This document shows positions 35,190 through 43,738 of a stretch of DNA of 64,000 nt, piece after piece (the first letter of the stretch is position 1; every line of letters starts with the position of its first letter). The notes under the pieces were generated by a model. That model was not told the origin of the DNA, ran no database searches, and worked only from the letters and a program-made list of their open reading frames with translations. Source of the stretch: an uncultured Spartobacteria bacterium (GTDB lineage: Bacteria > Verrucomicrobiota > Verrucomicrobiia > Chthoniobacterales > UBA6821); assembly GCA_903868795.1 (NCBI GenBank), contig CAIPWR010000128.1, forward strand, positions 5,953 to 69,952, in the 5' to 3' direction. Made by a program: the position numbers and the translations under genes.

Positions 35190-36442
35190 ACCGCAAGGGT
35201 ACCGGTTTTCTCTTCGTCCAACAGACTCCTGTAGAGTTCCATATAACGAAATGCCATATTTGAAATGTCAAATTGACTACGAACCCAGGAAGCTCCCATC
35301 ATTCCCATAGCTAGCAACTCACCACTGGATTTACCTTCGATGATACATTCAGAAATAACTTCGACTTCGTAATAAGGAACCATAACTCCTGTCCTGCCCT
35401 GGAGAATGGTTTCGGGAAGGCCGCCTACTGAGAAACCGTAGACTGGGGTGCCGCACGCCTGAGCCTCCACTGATACTTGACCGAATGACTCCATCTGTGA
35501 GCAAATCACCAAGGCATCCATAGCAGAGTAGGAAAGATTCATCATTTCCGAATCATTGATCGTTCCTAGATAGCTGCATGGTACTGCCTGCTCTGTCATT
35601 ACATCAACAATACCCTCACCCACGACTAAGGCTTGGGTTTGAGGAATTCTTTTTTTGACCTTCGCAGCCACATCAAAGAAACGATTTATTCCTTTATTTC
35701 TGTCTGTAAGTGATGCTGCGACAAATCCAAGAGTGAATGCATCATCACTAATACCGAGGCGCATTTTCGCCTCGGATTTTGAAATTACTTGGAATTCAGA
35801 AAAATCAAATCCAGGGAGAATAGTAACATGTTTTGCATCCTTGGTGAGTTGCGACCTCTCCACTAAAGAAGCCGTAGAGATGCTGTTTGAAACAAAGGCG
35901 ATTTTCCTCCCACTCAACGAGGCACGACGTCTTTTTAATTCCTGCCTTGCGAACAGGTGATTTGCAGGAAATTTAAGAAGGGGACATAAATTGCAGTTTT
36001 TTCCAAACTGATCACATCCAAAATCAGTATAACATCCCCCGGCTAAGGCACTCATATCGTGAACTGTCCAAACAATTGGCGTTTTATTAGGCAAGGATGA
36101 AACAAAGCTTGGTAAATCCAGCCAATGAGAGATCCAGTGCAGATGAATAATATCTGCATTATTTTTAGGGACTGGAGTCTTATAGGGAAGATGCATCCTA
36201 GAATAAGAGGAGGCCGCTGAAAGACGGTTCATCCTGTTCTCCACGGAAAAAGCAGCCCGCTCAACAAGGCGGCGGTATCTGTTTTGCGAATATTCGAGGC
36301 AACGAATACCATCCCCACCCTTAGCCAAATTGCGTGTAAAAACCTCGCTTTCAATTCCATCTTTAAGCAACGCTCTATGAAGACGAATCATGAGCATCGC
36401 GGATCCACCTTGGGTGAAGGTATTAAAGTGGGTAACTTTCAC
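35186..36442 (-). CDS. GT4 glycosyltransferase
   Basis: 418 aa with the C-terminal block SQMESFGQVSVEAQACGTPVYGFSVGGLPE. It is visibly more AT-rich than the flanking genes. Confidence 0.7.
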   Translation of the reverse strand: MKVTHFNTFTQGGSAMLMIRLHRALLKDGIESEVFTRNLAKGGDGIRCLEYSQNRYRRLVERAAFSVENRMNRLSAASSYSRMHLPYKTPVPKNNADIIHLHWISHWLDLPSFVSSLPNKTPIVWTVHDMSALAGGCYTDFGCDQFGKNCNLCPLLKFPANHLFARQELKRRRASLSGRKIAFVSNSISTASLVERSQLTKDAKHVTILPGFDFSEFQVISKSEAKMRLGISDDAFTLGFVAASLTDRNKGINRFFDVAAKVKKRIPQTQALVVGEGIVDVMTEQAVPCSYLGTINDSEMMNLSYSAMDALVICSQMESFGQVSVEAQACGTPVYGFSVGGLPETILQGRTGVMVPYYEVEVISECIIEGKSSGELLAMGMMGASWVRSQFDISNMAFRYMELYRSLLDEEKTGTLAV

Positions 36443-36462
36443 TTTACTAAATATTTTTTAGG

Positions 36463-37575
36463 CTAAGAACTTGTGATTGTTTGTAAAATTATCTCGCCCA
36501 AATTAGAAGGAACCCATCCAGCAGCACGAACATATGCTGACTTTCCCATATTTTCCCATTTATCACGGGAATTCCAGGCGCGCTCAATCGTTTCATGTAT
36601 GATTTCTGGACTTTCTCCAAGGCTTACATATCCATCCAAACCATCTCTTAAGAGCTCGTGGTTTCCCCCTGTTCTAGTGATAATTCCAGGACGACCGCAA
36701 AACATTGATTCAATCAAAGCCAATGCAAGCCCTTCTTGCCGAGAGTTGAGAATGTGTATGTGGTGGTTAGTCCAGATTTTTGTAAAATCCCTCTCGAACC
36801 CAGCAAGATAAACATGTTTTTGCAATCCATAATAGCGAATCAAATCCTGCAAGTACGAAACATCTGGTCCACTCCCAAAAAGATTTAACTGCCAATTACG
36901 CTTTTTCCATTCAGTTGTTGACATCGCTTCTAAAGTTCGATCTTGGCACTTACTATTTATTTCATACCTGCCAACTGTTGCGAAAAAGATTTTCCCATCT
37001 ACTGATTCAGGCCAATCAAGAGGATTATCAAGTCTTTTTCTTATAGGATTCGGAATGATTACTTTATTAGGTAGAGCGGCGGCTAACTGACGCTCTAGTA
37101 ATGTTGCATTGGATTGTGAGACGCAAATCATCCGTAGAGCATTTGTATAGAGATTTTTTACTCTCGCACGCATAATGCTACCACTTATATATCCTTCTTC
37201 ATTCCCTTGAATAATATAAACCTTGCGACTTGAAGATCCCTCAAGAAACGACATTAGATCCGCATTTCTAAACATATCTGGCGCTCCACCCGAAACGCAT
37301 AGAATATCAGCATTCCAATTTTTTATTTTATCAAACCGTGAGTATATACCACTTCCCGCAAACCTCCTCTTCAGCCAATTAAGTTGTTGATAGGGAAATA
37401 TTATACCGCCCAATTTTTTGAATTCATCGATCTCTGCTGATTCTGTTATCCCTTTTTGTGCGCAAACAGCAACAGAATGACCATTTTTTAAGGCTTCTTC
37501 AGCAAACACCCTCCACATTTCTTCGCTTCCCGCCCAAGAATAACCGCTAACAACTGAAATAATTCCTACTTTCAT
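36463..37575 (-). CDS. GT4-like glycosyltransferase
   Basis: It has the C-terminal block NSRQEGLALALIESMFCGRPGIITRTGG. I chose the ATG at 37575 (MKVGIISVV) to avoid overlap with the upstream gene. Hand counts on two 60-nt lines give about 38-43% GC. Confidence 0.65.
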   Translation of the reverse strand: MKVGIISVVSGYSWAGSEEMWRVFAEEALKNGHSVAVCAQKGITESAEIDEFKKLGGIIFPYQQLNWLKRRFAGSGIYSRFDKIKNWNADILCVSGGAPDMFRNADLMSFLEGSSSRKVYIIQGNEEGYISGSIMRARVKNLYTNALRMICVSQSNATLLERQLAAALPNKVIIPNPIRKRLDNPLDWPESVDGKIFFATVGRYEINSKCQDRTLEAMSTTEWKKRNWQLNLFGSGPDVSYLQDLIRYYGLQKHVYLAGFERDFTKIWTNHHIHILNSRQEGLALALIESMFCGRPGIITRTGGNHELLRDGLDGYVSLGESPEIIHETIERAWNSRDKWENMGKSAYVRAAGWVPSNLGEIILQTITSS

Positions 37576-37582
37576 ATTAAGG

Positions 37583-38629
37583 TTATTGGTTGAGGGATAG
37601 GGAGGCATAGTTCGCCAAGCGCTTCAATCTTGTCTTGGCTGATGAAGGAAGTGCCCTAATCACCGAATCGACGCTCCCCTTGAGAACTTTTTTGATCCCT
37701 CGGAAGGGGTCTCTTCTTGCAGAAGGAGCAAAGTGCCAACGGATTTTTTTGACTTCCGGATATCCTCGCTCAAGGAGGCGCCTCCGATATTCGTCGTAGA
37801 TGGGCCGCAGGTCGGGTCGATCCTCAAAGGATTCAATCGGCTCCTCAGGACGAGTCACAGTGACTTCAGGACGCTCAGGTTTGTAGCCGCTGTAATGCAC
37901 GAAGACGAGATCGTGGACGCCATTGACCACGTACTTCCCCTCGCGATGTTCGAGCTTCCTCTCAAAGTGGTTCCAGTAGCAGAAATTGTAACCCGGATCC
38001 TTCTCCACATGGACCCCGTCGAAGTAGACCGGAGCCAGCCCTGTCCATAGTTGATCAAAGAACGAACCCGCCACACCTGGCCGATAAAAGCAGTGGTCCT
38101 TGAGGCGAATCTTCCACCACTTTAGGAAGGCCATGGTAACGGCAGATCGACGCGTGGCTATGAATCCTAGGTTGTAGAGACCAGCATAAAGCATCACCTG
38201 TTCATAATGCACATTCTCGGGAGAATCATTGTAGGTACAGCTATGGGGTGTCAGGACGATGTTTTTCTTCTCGAGCGTCTTTAACAGACCTTCAAAACTC
38301 GAAAAGACCATCATGTCGGGATCCAAGTAGGTCACGGATCTCACCGAGGTATCACGCTCATAGAGGTGCGCCATGTAGAAGGGCTTCACCGCAGTGTTCA
38401 ACTCCACGATGTTGTACTTTGAGACCATATCAGGGAACTCAGGCAACTTGAGATCCTCCACTGGGATCACCTCGAAACGACTGCAATACTCCGGATCCAG
38501 ATCTGACGGAAATCGGTCGACAAGACCGATCACGAACTTAAAGTCGGGATTCTGATCGAGAACGGAATCCCCCAGTGTCTTGGCATGAGCCAAGTAGTTT
38601 GAGGAACAGATGGTGAGAACAACGTTCAT
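37583..38629 (-). CDS. Putative GT-A fold glycosyltransferase (GT8-like, DxD = DPD)
   Basis: 348 aa. It has the N-terminus VVLTICSSNYLAHAKTL and YLDPDMMVF, reminiscent of nucleotide-diphospho-sugar transferases. The family assignment is uncertain. Confidence 0.45.
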   Translation of the reverse strand: MNVVLTICSSNYLAHAKTLGDSVLDQNPDFKFVIGLVDRFPSDLDPEYCSRFEVIPVEDLKLPEFPDMVSKYNIVELNTAVKPFYMAHLYERDTSVRSVTYLDPDMMVFSSFEGLLKTLEKKNIVLTPHSCTYNDSPENVHYEQVMLYAGLYNLGFIATRRSAVTMAFLKWWKIRLKDHCFYRPGVAGSFFDQLWTGLAPVYFDGVHVEKDPGYNFCYWNHFERKLEHREGKYVVNGVHDLVFVHYSGYKPERPEVTVTRPEEPIESFEDRPDLRPIYDEYRRRLLERGYPEVKKIRWHFAPSARRDPFRGIKKVLKGSVDSVIRALPSSAKTRLKRLANYASLSLNQ

Positions 38630-38645
38630 GAGAGGTTTTAATCGG

Positions 38646-40385
38646 TCATTGATTTGGCCCCATCCTCAGCACCCTGCTACAATGTTCCAGCGTGCTCAGC
38701 CTATGGGCGATAATAATGATGGTCAGCTTCCCTTTGAGGAGTGTGATGGTCTCCATCACAGCCTTCTCCGTGTCGTGATCAAGTGCGCTCGTCGCCTCAT
38801 CCAAGACCAGAACATCCGGGCCATGATAGAGGGCCCTAGCCACTCCGATGCGCTGGCGTTGCCCGCCTGATAGGCGAACTCCACGCTCACCCACCACGGT
38901 ATCGAATCCCTCCGGCAGGGATCTAATGAAATCAAGGATGTGTGCTCCTCTGGCGGCTTCCTCCAGAGCATTGGAATCGATTGTTTTGGAATCGATGCCA
39001 AAAGCGATATTTGCAGCAATGGTGTCATCAAGGAGATAGATATCCTGGGGCACATAGCCGATCATGCTTCTCCAGGACGAAATATTCTCTCGGGTGATCG
39101 GCTTATCATCCACCTTGATCACACCTGAGCTAGGCGAATGAAGTCCGAGGATCAAATCAACCATCGTTGATTTTCCCGAGCCAGATGGGCCGGCAATCCC
39201 AATCGATTCATTTTTCTCAATCGAGAGTGAAAGCCCCTTAATGACAACTTGGTCAGATCCTGGATAACGATAAGTCACACCCTCAAGGGATAGGCTCTTC
39301 AGGAAGGGGAGTTTTTCAGCGACCAGATTATCTTTGAATGCTACATGGGCACTCTCATGCTCAATCTCCAGAATCTCCTCCTCGAGTTGAACAAGGGTAT
39401 AATTATTAGCCGCGACAGCGACAAGCTGCCCGAACAGAAGCTGTAAAGACGGCAGTAGTCGGTAGCCCGCCATCGCCATCACCATGAGATTGGGAAGGAT
39501 GTCGGAGAATGGTTTTCCCTGGAGGGCTAGGACGACGACGATCGACACAAGACCTCCATACGCAATCGGTTCGATCAGATAGCGCGGACCATTCCCATAG
39601 ATGGGTATGAGGCTCTGATACTTCGTTGTCTCAGCCGAATGTTGGATGGCTTTCTCAATGAAGAAGCGGCTCTTTCCATGAACAAACACAGTCTTGATGG
39701 CATGGAGGAACTGATTGGTATTTTTCCAGAACCCGACATTGTGCCGCTGGATCATCTCCCCGATCTTACGCGTTCTTGGCCTGATCCAGAGGAATGCCAT
39801 CAAATAAAACCCTCCGAGCAGAACCACTGCACCCGCTGCTACGAACGGCTGCACATAGAAGACCGTTGCAGCCAACAGCGAGATAAGCACAAGTCGCGTG
39901 ATGATCTCACCCAACGGAAGAAGGACATTAATAGTAAAACTATGAATATCCTGAATACGTTGGCTCAGTAGCGCTGAATTCCGGTGCAGGAAGTACCCAT
40001 ACGGGCGCATCGAATACGATCTCATCAACTGCCCCCTGATCCATTGCGAGAAACTGTAAGCGTAACGAATCCTAACATATTCGCTCGTCATGCTTCCCAC
40101 ACTGGCAATCAAAAGCATCAGGATAGAGAATGTCCCCGCCACGGCCAGAAGATGGTTTGTCGACATGGGTGGCAGAAAATGGAGAAACCATCTTCCTGCG
40201 GACGAGTTTCTGATTCGCTCTGGATCAGCAGCTAATGCAAAAAATGGGAAAATTGAGGTAACCCCAATCAATTGGAGCAACCCGTTGAGAAAAACCATTC
40301 CCAAGACACTAAATAGTTTCAATCGACCATAAGGAATAGCCAACGCATAACAGCGACTCAGAAGCTTGATGAACGATTTGATCAT
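38646..40385 (-). CDS. ABC exporter, fused permease/ATPase (MsbA/PglK-like)
   Basis: 579 aa with six N-terminal TM helices. It has Walker A GPSGSGKST, signature LSGGQRQR and Walker B VLVLDEATSALD. Confidence 0.85.
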   Translation of the reverse strand: MIKSFIKLLSRCYALAIPYGRLKLFSVLGMVFLNGLLQLIGVTSIFPFFALAADPERIRNSSAGRWFLHFLPPMSTNHLLAVAGTFSILMLLIASVGSMTSEYVRIRYAYSFSQWIRGQLMRSYSMRPYGYFLHRNSALLSQRIQDIHSFTINVLLPLGEIITRLVLISLLAATVFYVQPFVAAGAVVLLGGFYLMAFLWIRPRTRKIGEMIQRHNVGFWKNTNQFLHAIKTVFVHGKSRFFIEKAIQHSAETTKYQSLIPIYGNGPRYLIEPIAYGGLVSIVVVLALQGKPFSDILPNLMVMAMAGYRLLPSLQLLFGQLVAVAANNYTLVQLEEEILEIEHESAHVAFKDNLVAEKLPFLKSLSLEGVTYRYPGSDQVVIKGLSLSIEKNESIGIAGPSGSGKSTMVDLILGLHSPSSGVIKVDDKPITRENISSWRSMIGYVPQDIYLLDDTIAANIAFGIDSKTIDSNALEEAARGAHILDFIRSLPEGFDTVVGERGVRLSGGQRQRIGVARALYHGPDVLVLDEATSALDHDTEKAVMETITLLKGKLTIIIIAHRLSTLEHCSRVLRMGPNQ

Positions 40386-40397
40386 GGGATAAAGACG

Positions 40398-41513
40398 CTA
40401 ATTAAAGATTCGGGCATGTATCCATTTTCTCACTCGGTCGGTGTTCCGCTCAAAGAGCCACCAGACAAATATGGAATAAAATATCGTCAGGCCGAGGATT
40501 CCAGCGAACCAAAGTGTGGTCAGCGGGTTTGGCATGATCTGCCTGCCATGAAACACAACAAAAAAGAGGCATGCCAGCAGGGGGAAATGCACGAGATAGA
40601 GTGTGTAGGAAATCTCGGACATTCCAGCAGAGAGTCGCCCATAGAGGGGGTCGTGTGAACTTCTCGAGGCAAGTCCCGCGACCAGCACAGCGCATCCGAT
40701 TCCAATCACCAGATCCACCCCCTCCCCTAGTCGCCCCGTCCGGCTGGCTAGGAGGCTGCCGAGGGTGAGAGCAAGACCGAGCATCAGGCAAAGGGGATGA
40801 TTGGCAACCTTCCCAAGGCCATCCCTCCGGATCAGGAAATAAACGGCGGCACCCAAGAGCCAAATCACTCCTCCGAGTAGGATCTGCTTCGGCAGGAAAA
40901 GGACCATCAAGGCCACGAGGATGATGGCGAGGATCCGGGCGCTCCACCTCCTCGTCACAACGATCGTGACCCCAAGGGGAAAGAGCAGGTAGTACCAGAA
41001 TTCATTGGCAAGGCTCCAGAGGGGGCTATTGGTCCCAAAGCACGGAACCAGGATCGTCTGCAGGAAGAAGGCATTCCCAACAAATCCCGCGATAGTCCAT
41101 TCCGCCGGGCCTGTGGGTGTGGGGCCTGAGTTGTAGAGCTCGCGATAGGCGCCTTCGTATCCGGTAGGGGCATAGGCATATCCCAGCTTGTCCCAAAAGA
41201 GCGTGAGCAGAAGTGCCGGAATCAGGACGACCCAGAGTCGGCTCATACGGCGGAGAAGGTATTCCCTCCAGGACCATTTGCCTGATTGCAGGGCCCCAAT
41301 CACGCTTCCACCGACGAGATAGCCGCTCAGCACAAAAAAGATCATCACCGCCTGATGCCCTAATCCCGTCACCAGATAAAATCCCTTAGCGAGGATGCCG
41401 GGAGCCTTCAACTGGGCAAACGGCACAAAAAGAAACGCCCTCAGATGCTCAACGACAACAAGCAACGCCGCCAACCCACGCAGGCAATCAAGATGAACAA
41501 GGCGATGTTTCAC
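40398..41513 (-). CDS. Acyltransferase family 3 (membrane O-acyltransferase)
   Basis: 371 aa. It has the N-terminus HLDCLRGLAALLVVVEH typical of Acyl_transf_3 and is polytopic. It uses a GTG start at 41513. Confidence 0.75.
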   Translation of the reverse strand: MKHRLVHLDCLRGLAALLVVVEHLRAFLFVPFAQLKAPGILAKGFYLVTGLGHQAVMIFFVLSGYLVGGSVIGALQSGKWSWREYLLRRMSRLWVVLIPALLLTLFWDKLGYAYAPTGYEGAYRELYNSGPTPTGPAEWTIAGFVGNAFFLQTILVPCFGTNSPLWSLANEFWYYLLFPLGVTIVVTRRWSARILAIILVALMVLFLPKQILLGGVIWLLGAAVYFLIRRDGLGKVANHPLCLMLGLALTLGSLLASRTGRLGEGVDLVIGIGCAVLVAGLASRSSHDPLYGRLSAGMSEISYTLYLVHFPLLACLFFVVFHGRQIMPNPLTTLWFAGILGLTIFYSIFVWWLFERNTDRVRKWIHARIFN

Positions 41514-41538
41514 TCGGACAAAAGGTTAATCGGCTGGC

Positions 41539-41586
41539 GACTGTTAGACTGTTAGACTGTTAGACTGTTAGACTGTTAGACTGTTA
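41539..41586. repeat. Perfect tandem octanucleotide array, (GACTGTTA) x 6
   Basis: Read directly from the sequence: 41539-41586 is six perfect head-to-tail copies. The array lies 26-73 nt upstream of the GTG start (41513) of the acyltransferase gene. Confidence 0.95.
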
Positions 41587-41672
41587 GGGCAGGAAGCCGG
41601 AAGTTAGAAGATAGGAGCTTGAAGATGCGTTGATTTACATTTCACATTTTAAACTTCTAACTTTGTTAACTT

Positions 41673-41870
41673 TCAAATCTTCCCCGCCAAGGCTTTGAAA
41701 ACAGGAAGAACTCTGGCAAAGAAGCGGTGCCAGGATAAAAGCTGGTTGATGCGCTTTTGCTGGAAGTCGTTCCGCCCAGTATCGGTGGCGCTGACCTTAA
41801 GGAGCGATTCGATCCGTGACTCCCCTCCCCTGAGGTCGGGCTCGATACGGTTGTGAAGGTATCCGCCTGT
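41673..41870 (-). pseudogene. 3' fragment (last ~59 codons) of a GbsR/MarR-like regulator gene, duplicated from 43100-43297
   Basis: The translated tail GGYLHNRIEPDLRGGESRIESLLKVSATDTGRNDFQQKRINQLLSWHRFFARVLPVFKALAGKI is nearly identical to the C-terminus of the 43100-43684 product. The DNA is about 85% identical by eye over ~195 nt. The HTH-encoding 5' part is missing. Confidence 0.75.
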
Positions 41871-41877
41871 ATTTGCC

Positions 41878-43011
41878 TCATGAGGTATGCGAAGGCTTGT
41901 GACCAAAACTCCTGATATAATCACGGCAAGGAATCTCTAAGTAGCGGTAAGAAAGTTCGGAAATCAGAAGAACGATCCCGAAAAGCAGTAAGCAATTCAG
42001 AACTGACAACGCTGGGAGATGAGTTGTAAAACGACTGTAACATGCCTTCCAAATGGAAGGGAAACAAGTAAGAACTGGCATGTGCCACAGGTAAAAGGAA
42101 TAGGAACGCTCTCCCAACCATTGCAGGGGACTCCACTTCATGGCATTTGAGAAAATACCCACATCATGCGCTGTGAAGTATACTATAAATGGAAAGATAT
42201 AGAGCAGAAAATGAGTTGGTATATAATCAAGTCGAGTGAGTAAGAAAAAAATGGTGCTAATAAGCAGAATCAGGTTAACTAGCCACCTACTAGGCAGCCA
42301 TGATGAGGTTACTGATTTACGGTATAATGCACAGAGAAAAAAGCCGCATGTAAAACCGTTTATGCCGCGAGAAAGTCCAGAGAAGTCATAATCCCATCCA
42401 TGAAATTTGAAGGAATGTATGCTGTAGCTCAACATTAGTCCAATAGTAGAAGTGAATACCGCAATAATAAAAAATATTATCGAATATCTTCTTTCCGTTA
42501 GGATGCTCAATGCAAAAACGAGTAAAGGAAAGAGAATCAGGTAACAGAAGAATTCCACGCTAATCGACCATGCTGGCTTGTTTAGCGTAGGGATTCCACT
42601 AATTCCAGAAACCATCAGGAGATTGGCAACTCCAACATGGGTATAATTATGGTTTCCAATATATTGATAGCCATGTTTTAAATAACTATAATAGGTTATT
42701 GGGATGCAGATTAATGTGGTTAAATAGTAAAGCGGCAAGATTCTTCCTACGCGTGCTTTAAGATATAAAGGCCATTTTATCCGAAATCCCTGATTCAGAT
42801 AGACCCAATTCAAAATAAATCCACTAAGAATGAAAAAAAGATCTACAGCATAATGATGCCATAGAAAGAAACGAAATATCTTCTCGCTCAAATTCCAATT
42901 GACACCTTCCCCAATGTAGAGATGAGCAAGAAATACACTCATCGCCGCGATTCCACGTAGCCCTGTATGAGAATAAATTTCACGGCTTTTAGGATAGTGA
43001 GGAATTGTCAT
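41878..43011 (-). CDS. Acyltransferase family 3 (membrane O-acyltransferase), AT-rich
   Basis: 377 aa. It has the N-terminus GLRGIAAMSVFLAHL and a polytopic topology. A hand count on one 60-nt line (42421-42480) gives 30% GC, against about 60% in a typical neighbouring line. Confidence 0.75.
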   Translation of the reverse strand: MTIPHYPKSREIYSHTGLRGIAAMSVFLAHLYIGEGVNWNLSEKIFRFFLWHHYAVDLFFILSGFILNWVYLNQGFRIKWPLYLKARVGRILPLYYLTTLICIPITYYSYLKHGYQYIGNHNYTHVGVANLLMVSGISGIPTLNKPAWSISVEFFCYLILFPLLVFALSILTERRYSIIFFIIAVFTSTIGLMLSYSIHSFKFHGWDYDFSGLSRGINGFTCGFFLCALYRKSVTSSWLPSRWLVNLILLISTIFFLLTRLDYIPTHFLLYIFPFIVYFTAHDVGIFSNAMKWSPLQWLGERSYSFYLWHMPVLTCFPSIWKACYSRFTTHLPALSVLNCLLLFGIVLLISELSYRYLEIPCRDYIRSFGHKPSHTS

Positions 43012-43099
43012 GGATCAGGTGTTTAGGCTGAGGGCTACTAGACTATTAGGTCTGAGGAGTTGGGAGAATTTGGTAAAAGGTGGGATGTTGGAAAGTCGG

Positions 43100-43684
43100 C
43101 TAGATTTTTCCAGCCAATGCTTTGAAGACAGGGAGAACTCTTGCAAAGAAGCGATGCCAGGAGAGGAGTTGGTTGATGCGTTTCTGCTGGAAATCGTTTC
43201 GCTCAGAGTCGGTGGCGCTGACCTTACGGAGCAATTCGATCCGTGACTCCCCTCCCCTGAGATAGGGCTCGATACGGTCTCGGAGGTAGCCTCCGGCAAG
43301 TCGGCGAAGGCTAGTCTCAGCAGTGAAATGGTCCTTGCGAGATCCCTCGATGGGAACGAGGTTCACGGCACCGAGGGAACGAAGTAGCCGGAGCCCCTCG
43401 CTGACGGAGCCCTTGCTGAGGTCGAGTCGGGTGACCAGATCGTCGAAGGCCAGCGGTTCCTCACTGCTGTAGAGGAGGCCGTATATCTCACCAAGTGATC
43501 GCGGCAGGGAGAGAACGGAAAAGGCCCCGACAAACAGGTCGATGGATTCACGTTGGAAGGGCGTGAGGGGCTGAGCAGGGGCCTTGGACCTGACTCGGAA
43601 AGGGGCCGGAGCAACGCTACCGCCCTTGGCAACCGGGAGGGGTTTTACCAGCGGGGGATCTGAATGGAGGGGCTTTTTGCTCAA
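43100..43684 (-). CDS. GbsR/MarR-family winged-helix transcriptional regulator
   Basis: 194 aa. The central block LPRSLGEIYGLLYSSEEPLAFDDLVTRLDLSKGSVSEGLRLLRSLGAV is typical of the GbsR-type wHTH. Confidence 0.65.
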   Translation of the reverse strand: MSKKPLHSDPPLVKPLPVAKGGSVAPAPFRVRSKAPAQPLTPFQRESIDLFVGAFSVLSLPRSLGEIYGLLYSSEEPLAFDDLVTRLDLSKGSVSEGLRLLRSLGAVNLVPIEGSRKDHFTAETSLRRLAGGYLRDRIEPYLRGGESRIELLRKVSATDSERNDFQQKRINQLLSWHRFFARVLPVFKALAGKI

Positions 43685-43691
43685 GGCAAGC

Positions 43692-43738
43692 AGTCGGCCG
43701 ACTTGTTCAAAAATAATCGAACAAGATTTTTGTTCAAC
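43692..43738. promoter_or_regulatory. Candidate operator upstream of the GbsR-like regulator
   Basis: There is a perfect 12-bp palindrome AGTCGGCCGACT (43692-43703). It is followed by CTTGTTC (43702-43708), the inverted copy GAACAAG (43719-43725) and a third copy, TTGTTCAAC (43730-43738). All lie 8-54 nt upstream of the start codon at 43684. Confidence 0.35.

Noticed and set aside
41539-41586. Whether the octamer array, or any other repeat in the window, is a CRISPR array
   Set aside because: The units are 8 nt and directly abutting, with no spacers. No cas genes and no 25-40-nt repeat/spacer periodicity appear anywhere in the window.
41601-41663. A perfect 10-bp inverted repeat, AAGTTAGAAG ... 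CTTCTAACTT, separated by 43 nt, considered as a possible terminator or small-RNA hairpin between the regulator fragment and the acyltransferase
   Set aside because: The loop is very long, the stem is AT-rich, and no U-tract follows on the transcribed strand. It is more likely part of the purine-rich spacer repeat family than an independent structured element.
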